A stretch of DNA of 64,000 bases from an uncultured Gemmatimonadota bacterium (lineage in GTDB: Bacteria > Gemmatimonadota > Gemmatimonadetes > Gemmatimonadales > Gemmatimonadaceae): contig CALCHX010000153.1 in assembly GCA_937906875.1 (NCBI GenBank), positions 1,229 through 65,228 on the forward strand. Direction: 5' to 3'. Both the position numbers and the translations under genes were made by a program. The notes beneath the pieces are model-generated. The model was not told where the DNA came from. It did not search any database and saw only the letters and a program-made list of their open reading frames with translations. Of the stretch, positions 47,639 through 56,144 are shown one piece after another. The stretch's first letter is position 1, and each line of letters begins with the position of its first letter.

Positions 47639-49329
47639 ATGCGCCGCGCGTGTCGGGCGCCTATGGCTGGCTCGCCGCTGACGACCGCGGCGCGCCGGCT
47701 AGCGTCGAGGACATGCTCAGGCACCTCGGCAAGGCATCCCGCGCGCACCAGCTCTACCTCGCCAACAACCCCACCTATCAGCGGGCGCTGGGTCTGCTTC
47801 GGAGATCCATGGAATCGGTGTGGAAGCTTCTGCCCGAGCTCACCCTTGCCGTGACCGAGCGGGCGCTACTACTCGATGACCGTCCCGTGTTCGTGGAAGC
47901 CGAGCGAACGGCCGACACGCTTCCATGGCTGTTGTACAAGGACGGGGTCCGCGAGCTCAGACTTCTACCCGGCTTCGAGGGAGCCGAGGTGGAGGATTTC
48001 CTGGCCGTGCTCGGCCAGTTGCGGCGTGCGGCAGCGAACGACGACGACGCCATAAGCCTGCTCTGGGAACGCGATTTCTCATTTCTGCGCTACCGCTATG
48101 TGGAGCAGGCCGACGACGACGAGGTCCCCAGCTTCACGACAGGAGAGTCGACGGGCCGGTTGGGCGGAACGGACGACGGCGAATCGGATAGGACCACCGC
48201 GGGTCCGGCGGCTGTCGTCAGGCTGGAGGAATTCGACGGCTCGCTGCACTTTCTGGTGGAGCACGAGCTGACCTATCTGCAGGAGCAACTGGCGGCGGAA
48301 TATGCCCACGACCTCAGAGCTGACGTGGCGAACCAATTGCTCGACGTACTGGAATTGGTGCCGGCACGGCAGGCGCGGGACGAGGTCTGCGCGGCGCTCG
48401 AGGAACTGCTCATCCAGTCTCTCGTCGCCGGCGAGTACCGGGCAGTGGCACACCTGCTCCGCGAGACAGCAGTGACTTGCTCGCGCGCGCCAGCTCTGGA
48501 ACCCGTTCACCTGGAGCGACTCCGCGGGCTCGCCACGGAACTCAGCACGCCGGCGGCGCTGGGACAGCTCCTGGAGGCTCTGGATTCCGGCTCCGCACCG
48601 TCGTCCGAGAATGACCTTCAGGAACTGTTCGGGCAGCTTCGACCGCAGGCGTTGGAGACGGTCTTCCGCTGGCTGGAACGGGTGCGGAGCGCGCGATTGC
48701 GGACGGCACTTCGCGCAGCCGCCGACCGGCTGGCGCAGGAGAGTTCGGCCGAGCTGGTGCGATTGATTGCCAGTGACGAGCTGTCAGTTGCCAGCGAGGC
48801 AGTACGCCGGAGCGCCCAGCTCAGGGCGCAGAGCGCGGTACCGGCTCTCAGGGGCCTCCTCGAACGCGATGACCGAGCGCTTCGTGTACTGGCTGCGCAG
48901 GCGCTTGCCGAGATTGCGACACCGGCCGCACTGCAGGCGCTGGCTGGCCTGGTGGAAGCTGACAGTCGCGACCTGAGGTTGGTGGCCCTGAGGGCGATGA
49001 GTGCTCGGGGCTATCGCGGAGCTCTTCCTCAGCTGGAGGCGCTGGTGCGCGGCAAACGGCTACGTGATCGTGACCTCACCGAGCAGATGGCTGTGTTCGA
49101 CGCTTATGGCGCGCTCTGCGGTGATGAGGGTGTGGCACTTCTCGACAGCCTGCTGAACGGTAAATCGCTCATTGGCCGCCGGGCTGAATCCACGGTTCGC
49201 GCTTGTGCCGCGATTGCCCTTGGCCGGGTGGGCAGCGGGCGTGCACAGGCGGTGCTCCGGCGGGCAACGGGGGAGAGGGAAGCGGTGGTGCGCACAGCGA
49301 TCCAGCGTGCCATGCGCGGAGTTCGCTGA
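47635..49329 (+). CDS. HEAT-repeat protein of unknown function
   Basis: 564 aa. Its ATG overlaps the trpB stop (ATGA). The C-terminal third consists of HEAT/PBS-lyase-like repeats ([24 protein letters not shown]..., [10 protein letters not shown]..., [13 protein letters not shown]). The N-terminal ~110 aa resemble the N-terminus of the next gene. Confidence 0.7.
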   Translation: MNAPRVSGAYGWLAADDRGAPASVEDMLRHLGKASRAHQLYLANNPTYQRALGLLRRSMESVWKLLPELTLAVTERALLLDDRPVFVEAERTADTLPWLLYKDGVRELRLLPGFEGAEVEDFLAVLGQLRRAAANDDDAISLLWERDFSFLRYRYVEQADDDEVPSFTTGESTGRLGGTDDGESDRTTAGPAAVVRLEEFDGSLHFLVEHELTYLQEQLAAEYAHDLRADVANQLLDVLELVPARQARDEVCAALEELLIQSLVAGEYRAVAHLLRETAVTCSRAPALEPVHLERLRGLATELSTPAALGQLLEALDSGSAPSSENDLQELFGQLRPQALETVFRWLERVRSARLRTALRAAADRLAQESSAELVRLIASDELSVASEAVRRSAQLRAQSAVPALRGLLERDDRALRVLAAQALAEIATPAALQALAGLVEADSRDLRLVALRAMSARGYRGALPQLEALVRGKRLRDRDLTEQMAVFDAYGALCGDEGVALLDSLLNGKSLIGRRAESTVRACAAIALGRVGSGRAQAVLRRATGEREAVVRTAIQRAMRGVR

Positions 49330-49332
49330 ACG

Positions 49333-50853
49333 GTGCCCGGGAGCCCATCCAACCCGGCGTCAGAGGTGCCACGTCGAGGTACCGGGGGTGAAGACCGGCC
49401 ACCGGCCGGGTTGCGAGAGGGCTTGCCGGGCGCTGACAGCTTCGTTCGTCGGACCGGAAAGACGCTCATCGTCGCGCTTCACGGCGCCGTGAGGGCGATC
49501 CGGCTGTACCCGGTGGAGAATGCGGTTGTCCAGCGGGCTCTAGCCGAGCTCGTGCGGGCGGCCGACGACCTCGTCGCCCGCGACCACGAGGTCACACTCC
49601 GCGCCTCGGGTCAGGTGCTGTTCGTCAACGACGTTCGACTGCGACTGGAACTGGACAGCTACGCCGCTTTCACGCAGGTGCTCGCCGTGCTCCACGAGAA
49701 TGGTGTCGGTCGGGTCACGGCGAGCGGCGAGGCCCGTGTTCGCGAGTGGCTCGCCCTGCTGCTACAACTCCGGCGCGCTGCCGATGCCGCGAATGAGGGT
49801 CGCTTCGAGGAACTGGTCGAACGGCTGCAACTCGCCGGCCTGCGTTGCTTCGAGCTCGGACCGGTAGCGGAGGAACCAGCGGACGCGGGTCAGTTGGTGG
49901 AGGTCAAGGTGGTATCGAAGCGGTTGTACGCGCGATCTGTTGCCGTTACCCGTGATGTACTGCAGTCGATGCGCGTTGGCCGCCCGCCCAGCCTCCGTCG
50001 CCTGAAGCGCGCCATACAGGGCATTGTCGACCAGATACTGAGTGATGAGACCCCACTCATGGGACTCACGACACTGCGCGACTTCGATGACTATACGTTC
50101 ACCCACAGCGTCAACGTGGCGATATTCTCGGTCGCGATCGGCAAACGATTGGGGCTGTCCAAGATGCAGCTCTACGACCTGGGACTGGCCGCTGTGCTGC
50201 ACGACCTGGGCAAGACACGGCTACCACTGGAACTCATCTCCAGACGAGGTGGCCTGAAAGCGGACGATTGGGCGCTGATACAGGCTCATCCCTGGCTGGG
50301 AGTGCTGGCCATGTTCGAATTGCAGCACGGCGCCGGCGAATTACCGCTGCGGGCGATGCGCGTTTCCTTTGAACATCACCTGAAGGTGGACGGTTCCGGG
50401 TACCCTCGGGTGGTGCGGGCGCGCCAGCAGGGCCTCTTCAGTCGGATAGTCGCGGTCGCCGACGGGTTCGACGCGGCGACATCGCAGCGAAGTTATCAGG
50501 ATGTGCCGCATACACCTGCCGAGGTACTGCGCGAGATGAGCCGGAATCCGGCGCGCGGCGTCGATTCCATAGTGGTCAAGGCGCTCGTGAATACACTCGG
50601 TATCTATCCGATCGGTTCGCTGGTCGTGCTTGACTCGCTCGAATTGGCGATCGTGCACGCAGCGCCGCCTGGTCCCGAAGTGCTCTCCCGACCGATGGTC
50701 CGTGTCGTCTCGGATGCGCTGGGGAACCCGATGTTCCCCGGTTATCTTCTGGATCTGGCCGCACGAGACAGCGCAGGCAATTTCGCCCGCACGATCATCA
50801 ATTCGGCAGACCCCGCTCGCTACGGTATTCGCATCAGTGACTATTTCGTCTGA
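49333..50853 (+). CDS. HD-GYP domain protein (putative cyclic-di-GMP phosphodiesterase)
   Basis: HD motif LHDLGK and GYP motif HHLKVDGSGYPR. It starts 3 nt after the HEAT gene stop. Confidence 0.85.
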   Translation: MPGSPSNPASEVPRRGTGGEDRPPAGLREGLPGADSFVRRTGKTLIVALHGAVRAIRLYPVENAVVQRALAELVRAADDLVARDHEVTLRASGQVLFVNDVRLRLELDSYAAFTQVLAVLHENGVGRVTASGEARVREWLALLLQLRRAADAANEGRFEELVERLQLAGLRCFELGPVAEEPADAGQLVEVKVVSKRLYARSVAVTRDVLQSMRVGRPPSLRRLKRAIQGIVDQILSDETPLMGLTTLRDFDDYTFTHSVNVAIFSVAIGKRLGLSKMQLYDLGLAAVLHDLGKTRLPLELISRRGGLKADDWALIQAHPWLGVLAMFELQHGAGELPLRAMRVSFEHHLKVDGSGYPRVVRARQQGLFSRIVAVADGFDAATSQRSYQDVPHTPAEVLREMSRNPARGVDSIVVKALVNTLGIYPIGSLVVLDSLELAIVHAAPPGPEVLSRPMVRVVSDALGNPMFPGYLLDLAARDSAGNFARTIINSADPARYGIRISDYFV

Positions 50854-50905
50854 CGTTCCCGGTCATCCGCCGGTCGCCCTCCCGCCCTTGGCCTCCGCAC
50901 CCGCT

Positions 50906-51694
50906 GTGACTGGCAGGCTCTCGAAACGCTTTGCCTCGCTGCGCCAGGAGGGCCGGACTGCCCTCGTCTGCTACGTGACGGCCGGGCACCCTGACGTCGA
51001 GCAATCACTGGCCCTGATCCAGGGCATCGCCGAGGCCGGCGCCGACGTGATCGAGGTGGGCGTCCCGTTTTCCGACCCGATGGCCGACGGCCCCGTCATC
51101 CAGGCCAGTTCCCAGACAGCCCTCGAAGGTGGGATGACCCTTGCTGGCGCACTCGAGCTTGTGCGTCGGGCCAGCGTGAGCGTGCCCGTGGTGCTCTTCA
51201 GTTACCTGAATCCGGTACTTTCTGCCGGTCCCGAGCTGCTGGAGCGTGCCGCCGACTCGGGCGTGGATGGCATACTCGTGACCGACCTCCCGGTGGGCGC
51301 CGACGGCGAGGTGGAGCACTGGTTGGCCAATGGTCCACTGGACTTCGTACACCTCGTAGCACCGACTACATCCGATCTGCGGATGCGCGAGATCGCCCAG
51401 CACGGTCGCGGATTCGTCTACCTCATCAGCCGCCTCGGCGTCACCGGGGCACGCGACGATCTGCCCGAGGGACTGGGCGACATCATCACCCGTCTGCGCG
51501 CAGCCACCGACCTTCCGGTGTGCGTCGGCTTCGGCATCGCGACTCCCGCGCAGGCGGCGGCCGTCGCCCGTCTGGCCGATGGCGTCGTGGTTGGCAGCGC
51601 GATAGTTCGTGCTGCCGGAGAGAGTGTGGAGGCGGCGGTGTCGCTTGTCCGTTCGCTGAGAGAGGCCATCGACGAAACCGTCACGACTGCCTGA
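50906..51694 (+). CDS. trpA: Tryptophan synthase alpha chain
   Basis: ALVCYVTAGHPD and EVGVPFSDPMADGPVIQ. GTG 50906 (or TTG 50888) is preferred, because the track start at 50630 overlaps the HD-GYP gene. Confidence 0.88.
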   Translation: MTGRLSKRFASLRQEGRTALVCYVTAGHPDVEQSLALIQGIAEAGADVIEVGVPFSDPMADGPVIQASSQTALEGGMTLAGALELVRRASVSVPVVLFSYLNPVLSAGPELLERAADSGVDGILVTDLPVGADGEVEHWLANGPLDFVHLVAPTTSDLRMREIAQHGRGFVYLISRLGVTGARDDLPEGLGDIITRLRAATDLPVCVGFGIATPAQAAAVARLADGVVVGSAIVRAAGESVEAAVSLVRSLREAIDETVTTA

Positions 51695-51724
51695 GCAGGC
51701 CCGCGGGAGCTGCCGTTCGCCAAA

Positions 51725-51753
51725 TTGACACCTCTTTGATCCCATCCTACGTT
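51725..51753 (+). promoter_or_regulatory. Candidate sigma70-type promoter of folB with leaderless geometry
   Basis: TTGACA-N17-TACGTT ending 6 nt before GTG 51760. Confidence 0.5.
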
Positions 51754-51759
51754 TTGCCC

Positions 51760-52119
51760 GTGTCGACCACCCGGATTGCCGTCTCGCTCCGAGGAATGCG
51801 TTTCCACACGCTCATCGGAATCCTGCCACACGAGCGCGAGCTGCCACAGCCGCTCGAGGTGGACCTGACGGTGTGGACCATGGGGAACGCCCGGTTGGAC
51901 TACCGCGTGCTCCATGACCTGACCGCCAATGTCGTTGCCCGCGGTGCCGGCTACCTCGAGGATCTGGCCGAGGAGCTGGCCAGTGACGTGTTCGCGCTCG
52001 GCGGCGTCTCCAGGGTGGAAATCGTGGCCCGGAAACCGCATGTCGCGCTCCCGGGCCCTCTGGAATGCGCCGAGATACGGCTGGAGCGTACCGCCGTGGT
52101 CCTGGACTCGCACACATGA
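51760..52119 (+). CDS. folB: Dihydroneopterin aldolase
   Basis: 119 aa (FHTLIGILPHERELPQPLEVDL), directly upstream of folK and overlapping it. Confidence 0.8.
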   Translation: MSTTRIAVSLRGMRFHTLIGILPHERELPQPLEVDLTVWTMGNARLDYRVLHDLTANVVARGAGYLEDLAEELASDVFALGGVSRVEIVARKPHVALPGPLECAEIRLERTAVVLDSHT

Positions 52120-52619
52120 ACGGACGGGGGGACGCTTCGTCGTCACTCAGTGAAGTCATCGCCTACGTCGCTCTTGGGTCCAACCTTGGCGATCGTGAGC
52201 GCATGCTCGGCACCGCGCGGGCGGACATCGAAGCTCTTCCCGGAACGCGAATACTCGCCTGCTCGGTAGTGGAGGAGACGGAACCAATCGGGCCGGTTGA
52301 ACAGCCATCATACCTGAATCAGATGCTCGCAGTGGCCACCACTCTCACGCCCCATTCCCTGCTCGACGCGTTGCTCGAGATCGAGCGTCGGGCCGGCCGC
52401 GTGCGTGAGTCACAACGGTGGACGGCGCGCACGCTGGATTGCGACATCGTGCGCTATGGCGAGGTGGAGATCGACGACGACAGGTTGACCATCCCGCATC
52501 CTGAACTGCGGAACCGTGACTTCTGGCAGAGAGAACTGGGTGAGATCGAGGCATCCTTGCGTTCAGGCGCGGAGGCGACGTGCGAGCGCAACTGGGTGTC
52601 GAGCGAGCGGTCCACATGA
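52116..52619 (+). CDS. folK: 6-hydroxymethyl-7,8-dihydropterin pyrophosphokinase
   Basis: AYVALGSNLGDR, RWTARTLDCDIV and IPHPEL. ATGA overlap with folB. Confidence 0.87.
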   Translation: MNGRGDASSSLSEVIAYVALGSNLGDRERMLGTARADIEALPGTRILACSVVEETEPIGPVEQPSYLNQMLAVATTLTPHSLLDALLEIERRAGRVRESQRWTARTLDCDIVRYGEVEIDDDRLTIPHPELRNRDFWQRELGEIEASLRSGAEATCERNWVSSERST

Positions 52620-53446
52620 CATGGCGCGGCGTCGTCGCCGCCCTCGATGAAGGGGAGGCCTTCCGCTCACGGGTGAGTCTCTATCTGCACCCTCTCGCCG
52701 GGCGACCGATGCTGTGGCATGTCGTCTCTTCCCTGCTCGGAGCGAGTACTCCGCCCAGCGAGGTGTTGGTACTCCACCGGGCCGAGTTCACCGGTCGGCC
52801 GCCGGACCTGCCGGCCCAGGTTCGTTTCAAGGCAGTGAAGAGGGGCGATGAGCGACGCGCCATGCGTGCCGCCATCACCGCTCCGGGATCCACTGTACTC
52901 GTGGACGGCTCTGCCGCGCTCCTGACGTCGCCAGCCATAGACAGCTTGCTGCAGATGGCACGGTCGGAGCTGGCGGCACTCTTCTCACGGGAGGAGGAGG
53001 CTGTGGCCGTCGCCGTCGCGGGGGAGGGCCCCGCCGTGGCCTCGTCCCAGGACCCATTCCGGCCGGCGGCGGCCGTACGGGTGCCGCTGGACGACCCATA
53101 CGAGGTGCTCTGCGTTACCGATCGGCACGCCCTGGCGACAGCGGGCGAGGTCATACGGGATCGCCTGGTGCGGTGGCACGAGGCGCGTGGGGTGAGCTTC
53201 CTTCTCCCCTCCACGACGCTGGTCGAGGTGGATGTGCGGATCGGTGCCGACACCGTCATCTACCCCAACGTTGCTCTCGAGGGTGCGACGGTGATCGGGA
53301 GCGAATGTGTCATCGGTCCGTACTCCCGTGTGGTGGAGTCGACAGTCGGGCGTGGCAGTGAGCTCACCGGATGGAACTATGTCCTCCGCACCCAGGTGCG
53401 GAACCACGCCGTGCTGGAAGCCTACGCGCGAAGGGGGACCGAATGA
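52616..53446 (+). CDS. Truncated GlmU-like protein (nucleotidyltransferase fold + short left-handed beta-helix) with a degenerate signature motif
   Basis: 276 aa. LHPLAGRPMLWHVV aligns with the GlmU segment LHTLAGKAMVQHVI. Hexapeptide repeats are present (VDVRIGADTVIYPNVALEGATVIGSECVIGPYSRV). The GxGTR loop is absent and there is no acetyltransferase C-terminus. Confidence 0.6.
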   Translation: MTWRGVVAALDEGEAFRSRVSLYLHPLAGRPMLWHVVSSLLGASTPPSEVLVLHRAEFTGRPPDLPAQVRFKAVKRGDERRAMRAAITAPGSTVLVDGSAALLTSPAIDSLLQMARSELAALFSREEEAVAVAVAGEGPAVASSQDPFRPAAAVRVPLDDPYEVLCVTDRHALATAGEVIRDRLVRWHEARGVSFLLPSTTLVEVDVRIGADTVIYPNVALEGATVIGSECVIGPYSRVVESTVGRGSELTGWNYVLRTQVRNHAVLEAYARRGTE

Positions 53447-54030
53447 GCGCCGGCGGCGAGTCGACGCATACAACCGCGGCGTTGCACAGCCCGGGCACGC
53501 CGGCATGGCTACCGTCCTGGGCTGTGGTGACGGCGTCGAGGTTGGCCCACATGGAGCGAGTTGCGACGTTGCTGGAGGGATGGGCCGGAGCAATGAAACT
53601 GGACGAACGGGAGCGCCACATGTGGCGTGATGCTGGTCGCTGGCACGACGCGCTGCGGGATGCTCCCGAGAGTCTGCTCCGCGCTGCCACGCAGGACTTC
53701 GAATCTCCAGTCGCGCTGCTCCACGGTCCTGCGACCGCCAACCTCCTGGTTGCCGACGGTGAACGACGTGGGCCACTTCTGGATGCCATAACATGGCACA
53801 CGACAGGCGCGCCTGAATGGGACAGACCAGGAAAGGCGCTGTTCATGGCCGACTACCTCGAGCCTGGGCGGCGGTTCGATGTCGAGCAACGCGCATTCCT
53901 GGCCCGGCAGCTGCCCAACGACTTCGAAGGCGTCTTCCGGGAGGTACTGCGTCTCCGACTGGAGTGGTCGATCAGGGACGGAAAGCCCCTGATGGCGCCG
54001 ACCGTGGAGCTATGGAATCGCTGTCGATGA
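53443..54030 (+). CDS. HD-domain phosphohydrolase, YqeK-like
   Basis: 195 aa with H...HD...H...D spacing (LAHMERV, GRWHDALRD, LLHGPA, ITWHTTG, FMADYLEPGR). ATGA overlaps on both sides. Confidence 0.6.
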   Translation: MSAGGESTHTTAALHSPGTPAWLPSWAVVTASRLAHMERVATLLEGWAGAMKLDERERHMWRDAGRWHDALRDAPESLLRAATQDFESPVALLHGPATANLLVADGERRGPLLDAITWHTTGAPEWDRPGKALFMADYLEPGRRFDVEQRAFLARQLPNDFEGVFREVLRLRLEWSIRDGKPLMAPTVELWNRCR

Positions 54031-54488
54031 GCGGCCGCTGGCGATTCTGGGTAGCCGCCATCGGCGTGGTGGCCGCGATGGGCGGTACCTACCTGCTGAC
54101 GCGTTCACCAGTGGGCGCGGCGGCGGCCGTCCTGCCGGACAGCGGCGCCGTTCCCGGTGCAGCAGCCGACGACAGTTCACGCGCTCCTCACGGCGTGCGG
54201 GTGCGGGTGGAAGTCCTGAACGCGAGTAGAGTCAGGGGCCTGGCCAGGAGGGCCACCATGGAGTTGCGCGATCGCGGCTTCGACGTTGTCGCCATCGGCA
54301 ATTCCGGCGAGTTGCGCGACAGCACGCTGGTTCTTCATCGAAGCGGCGACAAGGAATGGGCGTACAGGGTGGCGAGAGCCGTCGGCGGTGCTACCGTCGA
54401 GCTGAGACCGGACAGTTCACGCTACGTCGACGTCAGCGTGCTCCTCGGCGCTACGTGGCGCCCTCCGCCGGGTCCGTTCCGTCCTTAA
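54027..54488 (+). CDS. Membrane-anchored LytR_C-domain protein
   Basis: 153 aa with an N-terminal TM segment and a C-terminal VRVEVLNASRVRGLARR...RGFDVV...G pattern typical of LytR C-terminal domains. Confidence 0.6.
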   Translation: MSGRWRFWVAAIGVVAAMGGTYLLTRSPVGAAAAVLPDSGAVPGAAADDSSRAPHGVRVRVEVLNASRVRGLARRATMELRDRGFDVVAIGNSGELRDSTLVLHRSGDKEWAYRVARAVGGATVELRPDSSRYVDVSVLLGATWRPPPGPFRP

Positions 54489-55592
54489 CTGCCCACAGGC
54501 CGCGGCGATATCCATCCCGCGGCTCTTGCGCACGGCGACCTCCACCGAGCCGGCGCGCAGTTCGCGCGCGAAGCCAGCTATTCGTGCCTCGCTGGTCGGC
54601 GTGAAGTTGCCGGCACCGCCCGGATGCAACGGGATCAGATTCACGAAGGCGCGACACTCCCGTGCCAATGCGGCAAGCTCCCTGGAGTGATCCGGGCTGT
54701 CGTTGACTCCTCCCAGCATCACGTACTCGAACGTCACACGGCGGTCGAACGCCTTCGCAGCATCGATTACGGAGGCCAGCGGGTACCTGGTGTTCACAGG
54801 CATCAGTTCGCGGCGAAGCTCGTCCGATGGCGCATGCACGGAGATGGCGAGCCGGAACTGCTCCGGTCGCTCGGCGAGGGCGTTTATGCCCGGCAGGATT
54901 CCGACCGTGGAGACGGTGATGTGCCGAGCTCCAATGCCCAGAGCGCGCGGGTCGTTGAGGATGGTCAGGGCCGGACCGACGGCGCGCCAGTTCATGAGCG
55001 GCTCACCCATGCCCATGAAGACGATGTTCGTCGGCCTGAGAGGCGGATCGAGAAGAGCGAGCTCACGGACCTGTCCGGCAATTTCAGACGGAGAGAGATT
55101 CCGCGAGAAACCCATGAGACCCGTCGCGCAGAACGAGCACTGCAACGCGCAACCAGCCTGGGACGAGATGCAGAAGGTGAGCCGGTTACCGTCGGGGATG
55201 GCCACCGTCTCTATGGTCTGGCCGTCGTGGAGCCGGAAGAGGAACTTCTGCGTACCGTCAGTGGAGCGCTGGTGAGCGGCAAGCTTCAGACGGGGTAATA
55301 CGAAGTGAGCGTCGAGTTGCGCGCGGAAGGTGACTGGCAGGTCGGTCATCTCGGCGAAGCTGTCCACCGGGTTGAGCCAGAGTCGACGAACCACCTGCGC
55401 AGCGCGGTAGGCCGGCTCGCCGGACTCGGCCGCGAAACTCTGCAGGCGCGCCTCGGCATCAGCCGGAACCAGGTCGAGAAGGTTCTCGCGAACCTCGTCA
55501 GACGCGGTTCCCAGGCTGCGTTGGGGCGCCTGGCTGACACCGGCTGCCATCGAGGGAGAGTCCGCTCCCGGTCGCATCTGATCCATATCCAT
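54417..55592 (-). CDS. rlmN: 23S rRNA/tRNA (adenine-C2)-methyltransferase RlmN (radical SAM)
   Basis: CALQCSFCATG cluster, AYRAAQVVRRLW and AACGQL. The ATG at 55592 has an AGGA SD 11 nt upstream. The track start at 55643 is less likely. Confidence 0.9.
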   Translation of the reverse strand: MDMDQMRPGADSPSMAAGVSQAPQRSLGTASDEVRENLLDLVPADAEARLQSFAAESGEPAYRAAQVVRRLWLNPVDSFAEMTDLPVTFRAQLDAHFVLPRLKLAAHQRSTDGTQKFLFRLHDGQTIETVAIPDGNRLTFCISSQAGCALQCSFCATGLMGFSRNLSPSEIAGQVRELALLDPPLRPTNIVFMGMGEPLMNWRAVGPALTILNDPRALGIGARHITVSTVGILPGINALAERPEQFRLAISVHAPSDELRRELMPVNTRYPLASVIDAAKAFDRRVTFEYVMLGGVNDSPDHSRELAALARECRAFVNLIPLHPGGAGNFTPTSEARIAGFARELRAGSVEVAVRKSRGMDIAAACGQLRTERTRRRAPRSAEEHADVDVA

Positions 55593-55685
55593 GGAAAGAT
55601 ATCCTGTTATCGTCCATCGTGTGCCGACTTCCCGCCTTCCCATTGGTGGGTTAGCTTCCTCCGATCATGTCCGCCAAGCCCCGTC

Positions 55686-56144
55686 GTGTTGCTCACTGAC
55701 CTCCTGTCACCGTCGCGGGTGAGAGTTCCGCTGATCGCGACCACGAAGGAGGGCGTGATGCGCGAGCTTCTGGCCGCCGCGCTCCCCGACCTCGATGCCG
55801 ACACCCAGGACGCGGTGATGGCGGCGTTGCGGGCGCGCGAGAGCGTGCTCAGTACCGGGATCGGCGGAGGCGTCGCCATCCCACACGCCAAGACCCCACT
55901 GGTCGGTGAACTCATGATGGCCGCCGGTGTGGCCGCCAAACCGGTGGATTACGATTCCCTGGACGGAGAGCCGGCCGACCTCTTCTTCCTGCTCCTCGGT
56001 CCGGAGACCGCTGCCAGCGCCCATGTACGTGCGCTGGGTCGCATCTCCCGGCTCCTCCGTCGTGAACCACTTCGGGAAGCTCTTCGCCAGGCAGACGACG
56101 AGGAGGCGTTCCTGCGGGTCGTGGCCGAATCGGAGGCGGGGTGA
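55686..56144 (+). CDS. Second PTS EIIA type-2 (PtsN-like) protein
   Basis: 152 aa with the phosphorylatable His in GIGGGVAIPHAKT. GTG 55686 is used because the track start at 55305 lies antisense to rlmN. Confidence 0.75.
   Translation: MLLTDLLSPSRVRVPLIATTKEGVMRELLAAALPDLDADTQDAVMAALRARESVLSTGIGGGVAIPHAKTPLVGELMMAAGVAAKPVDYDSLDGEPADLFFLLLGPETAASAHVRALGRISRLLRREPLREALRQADDEEAFLRVVAESEAG

Noticed and set aside
50630-50905. An upstream extension of the trpA ORF overlapping the HD-GYP gene.
   Set aside because: It runs out of frame through the well-conserved C-terminus of the HD-GYP protein. TrpA homology begins at about 50906 (VTGRLSKRFASLRQEGRTALVCYVTAGHPD).
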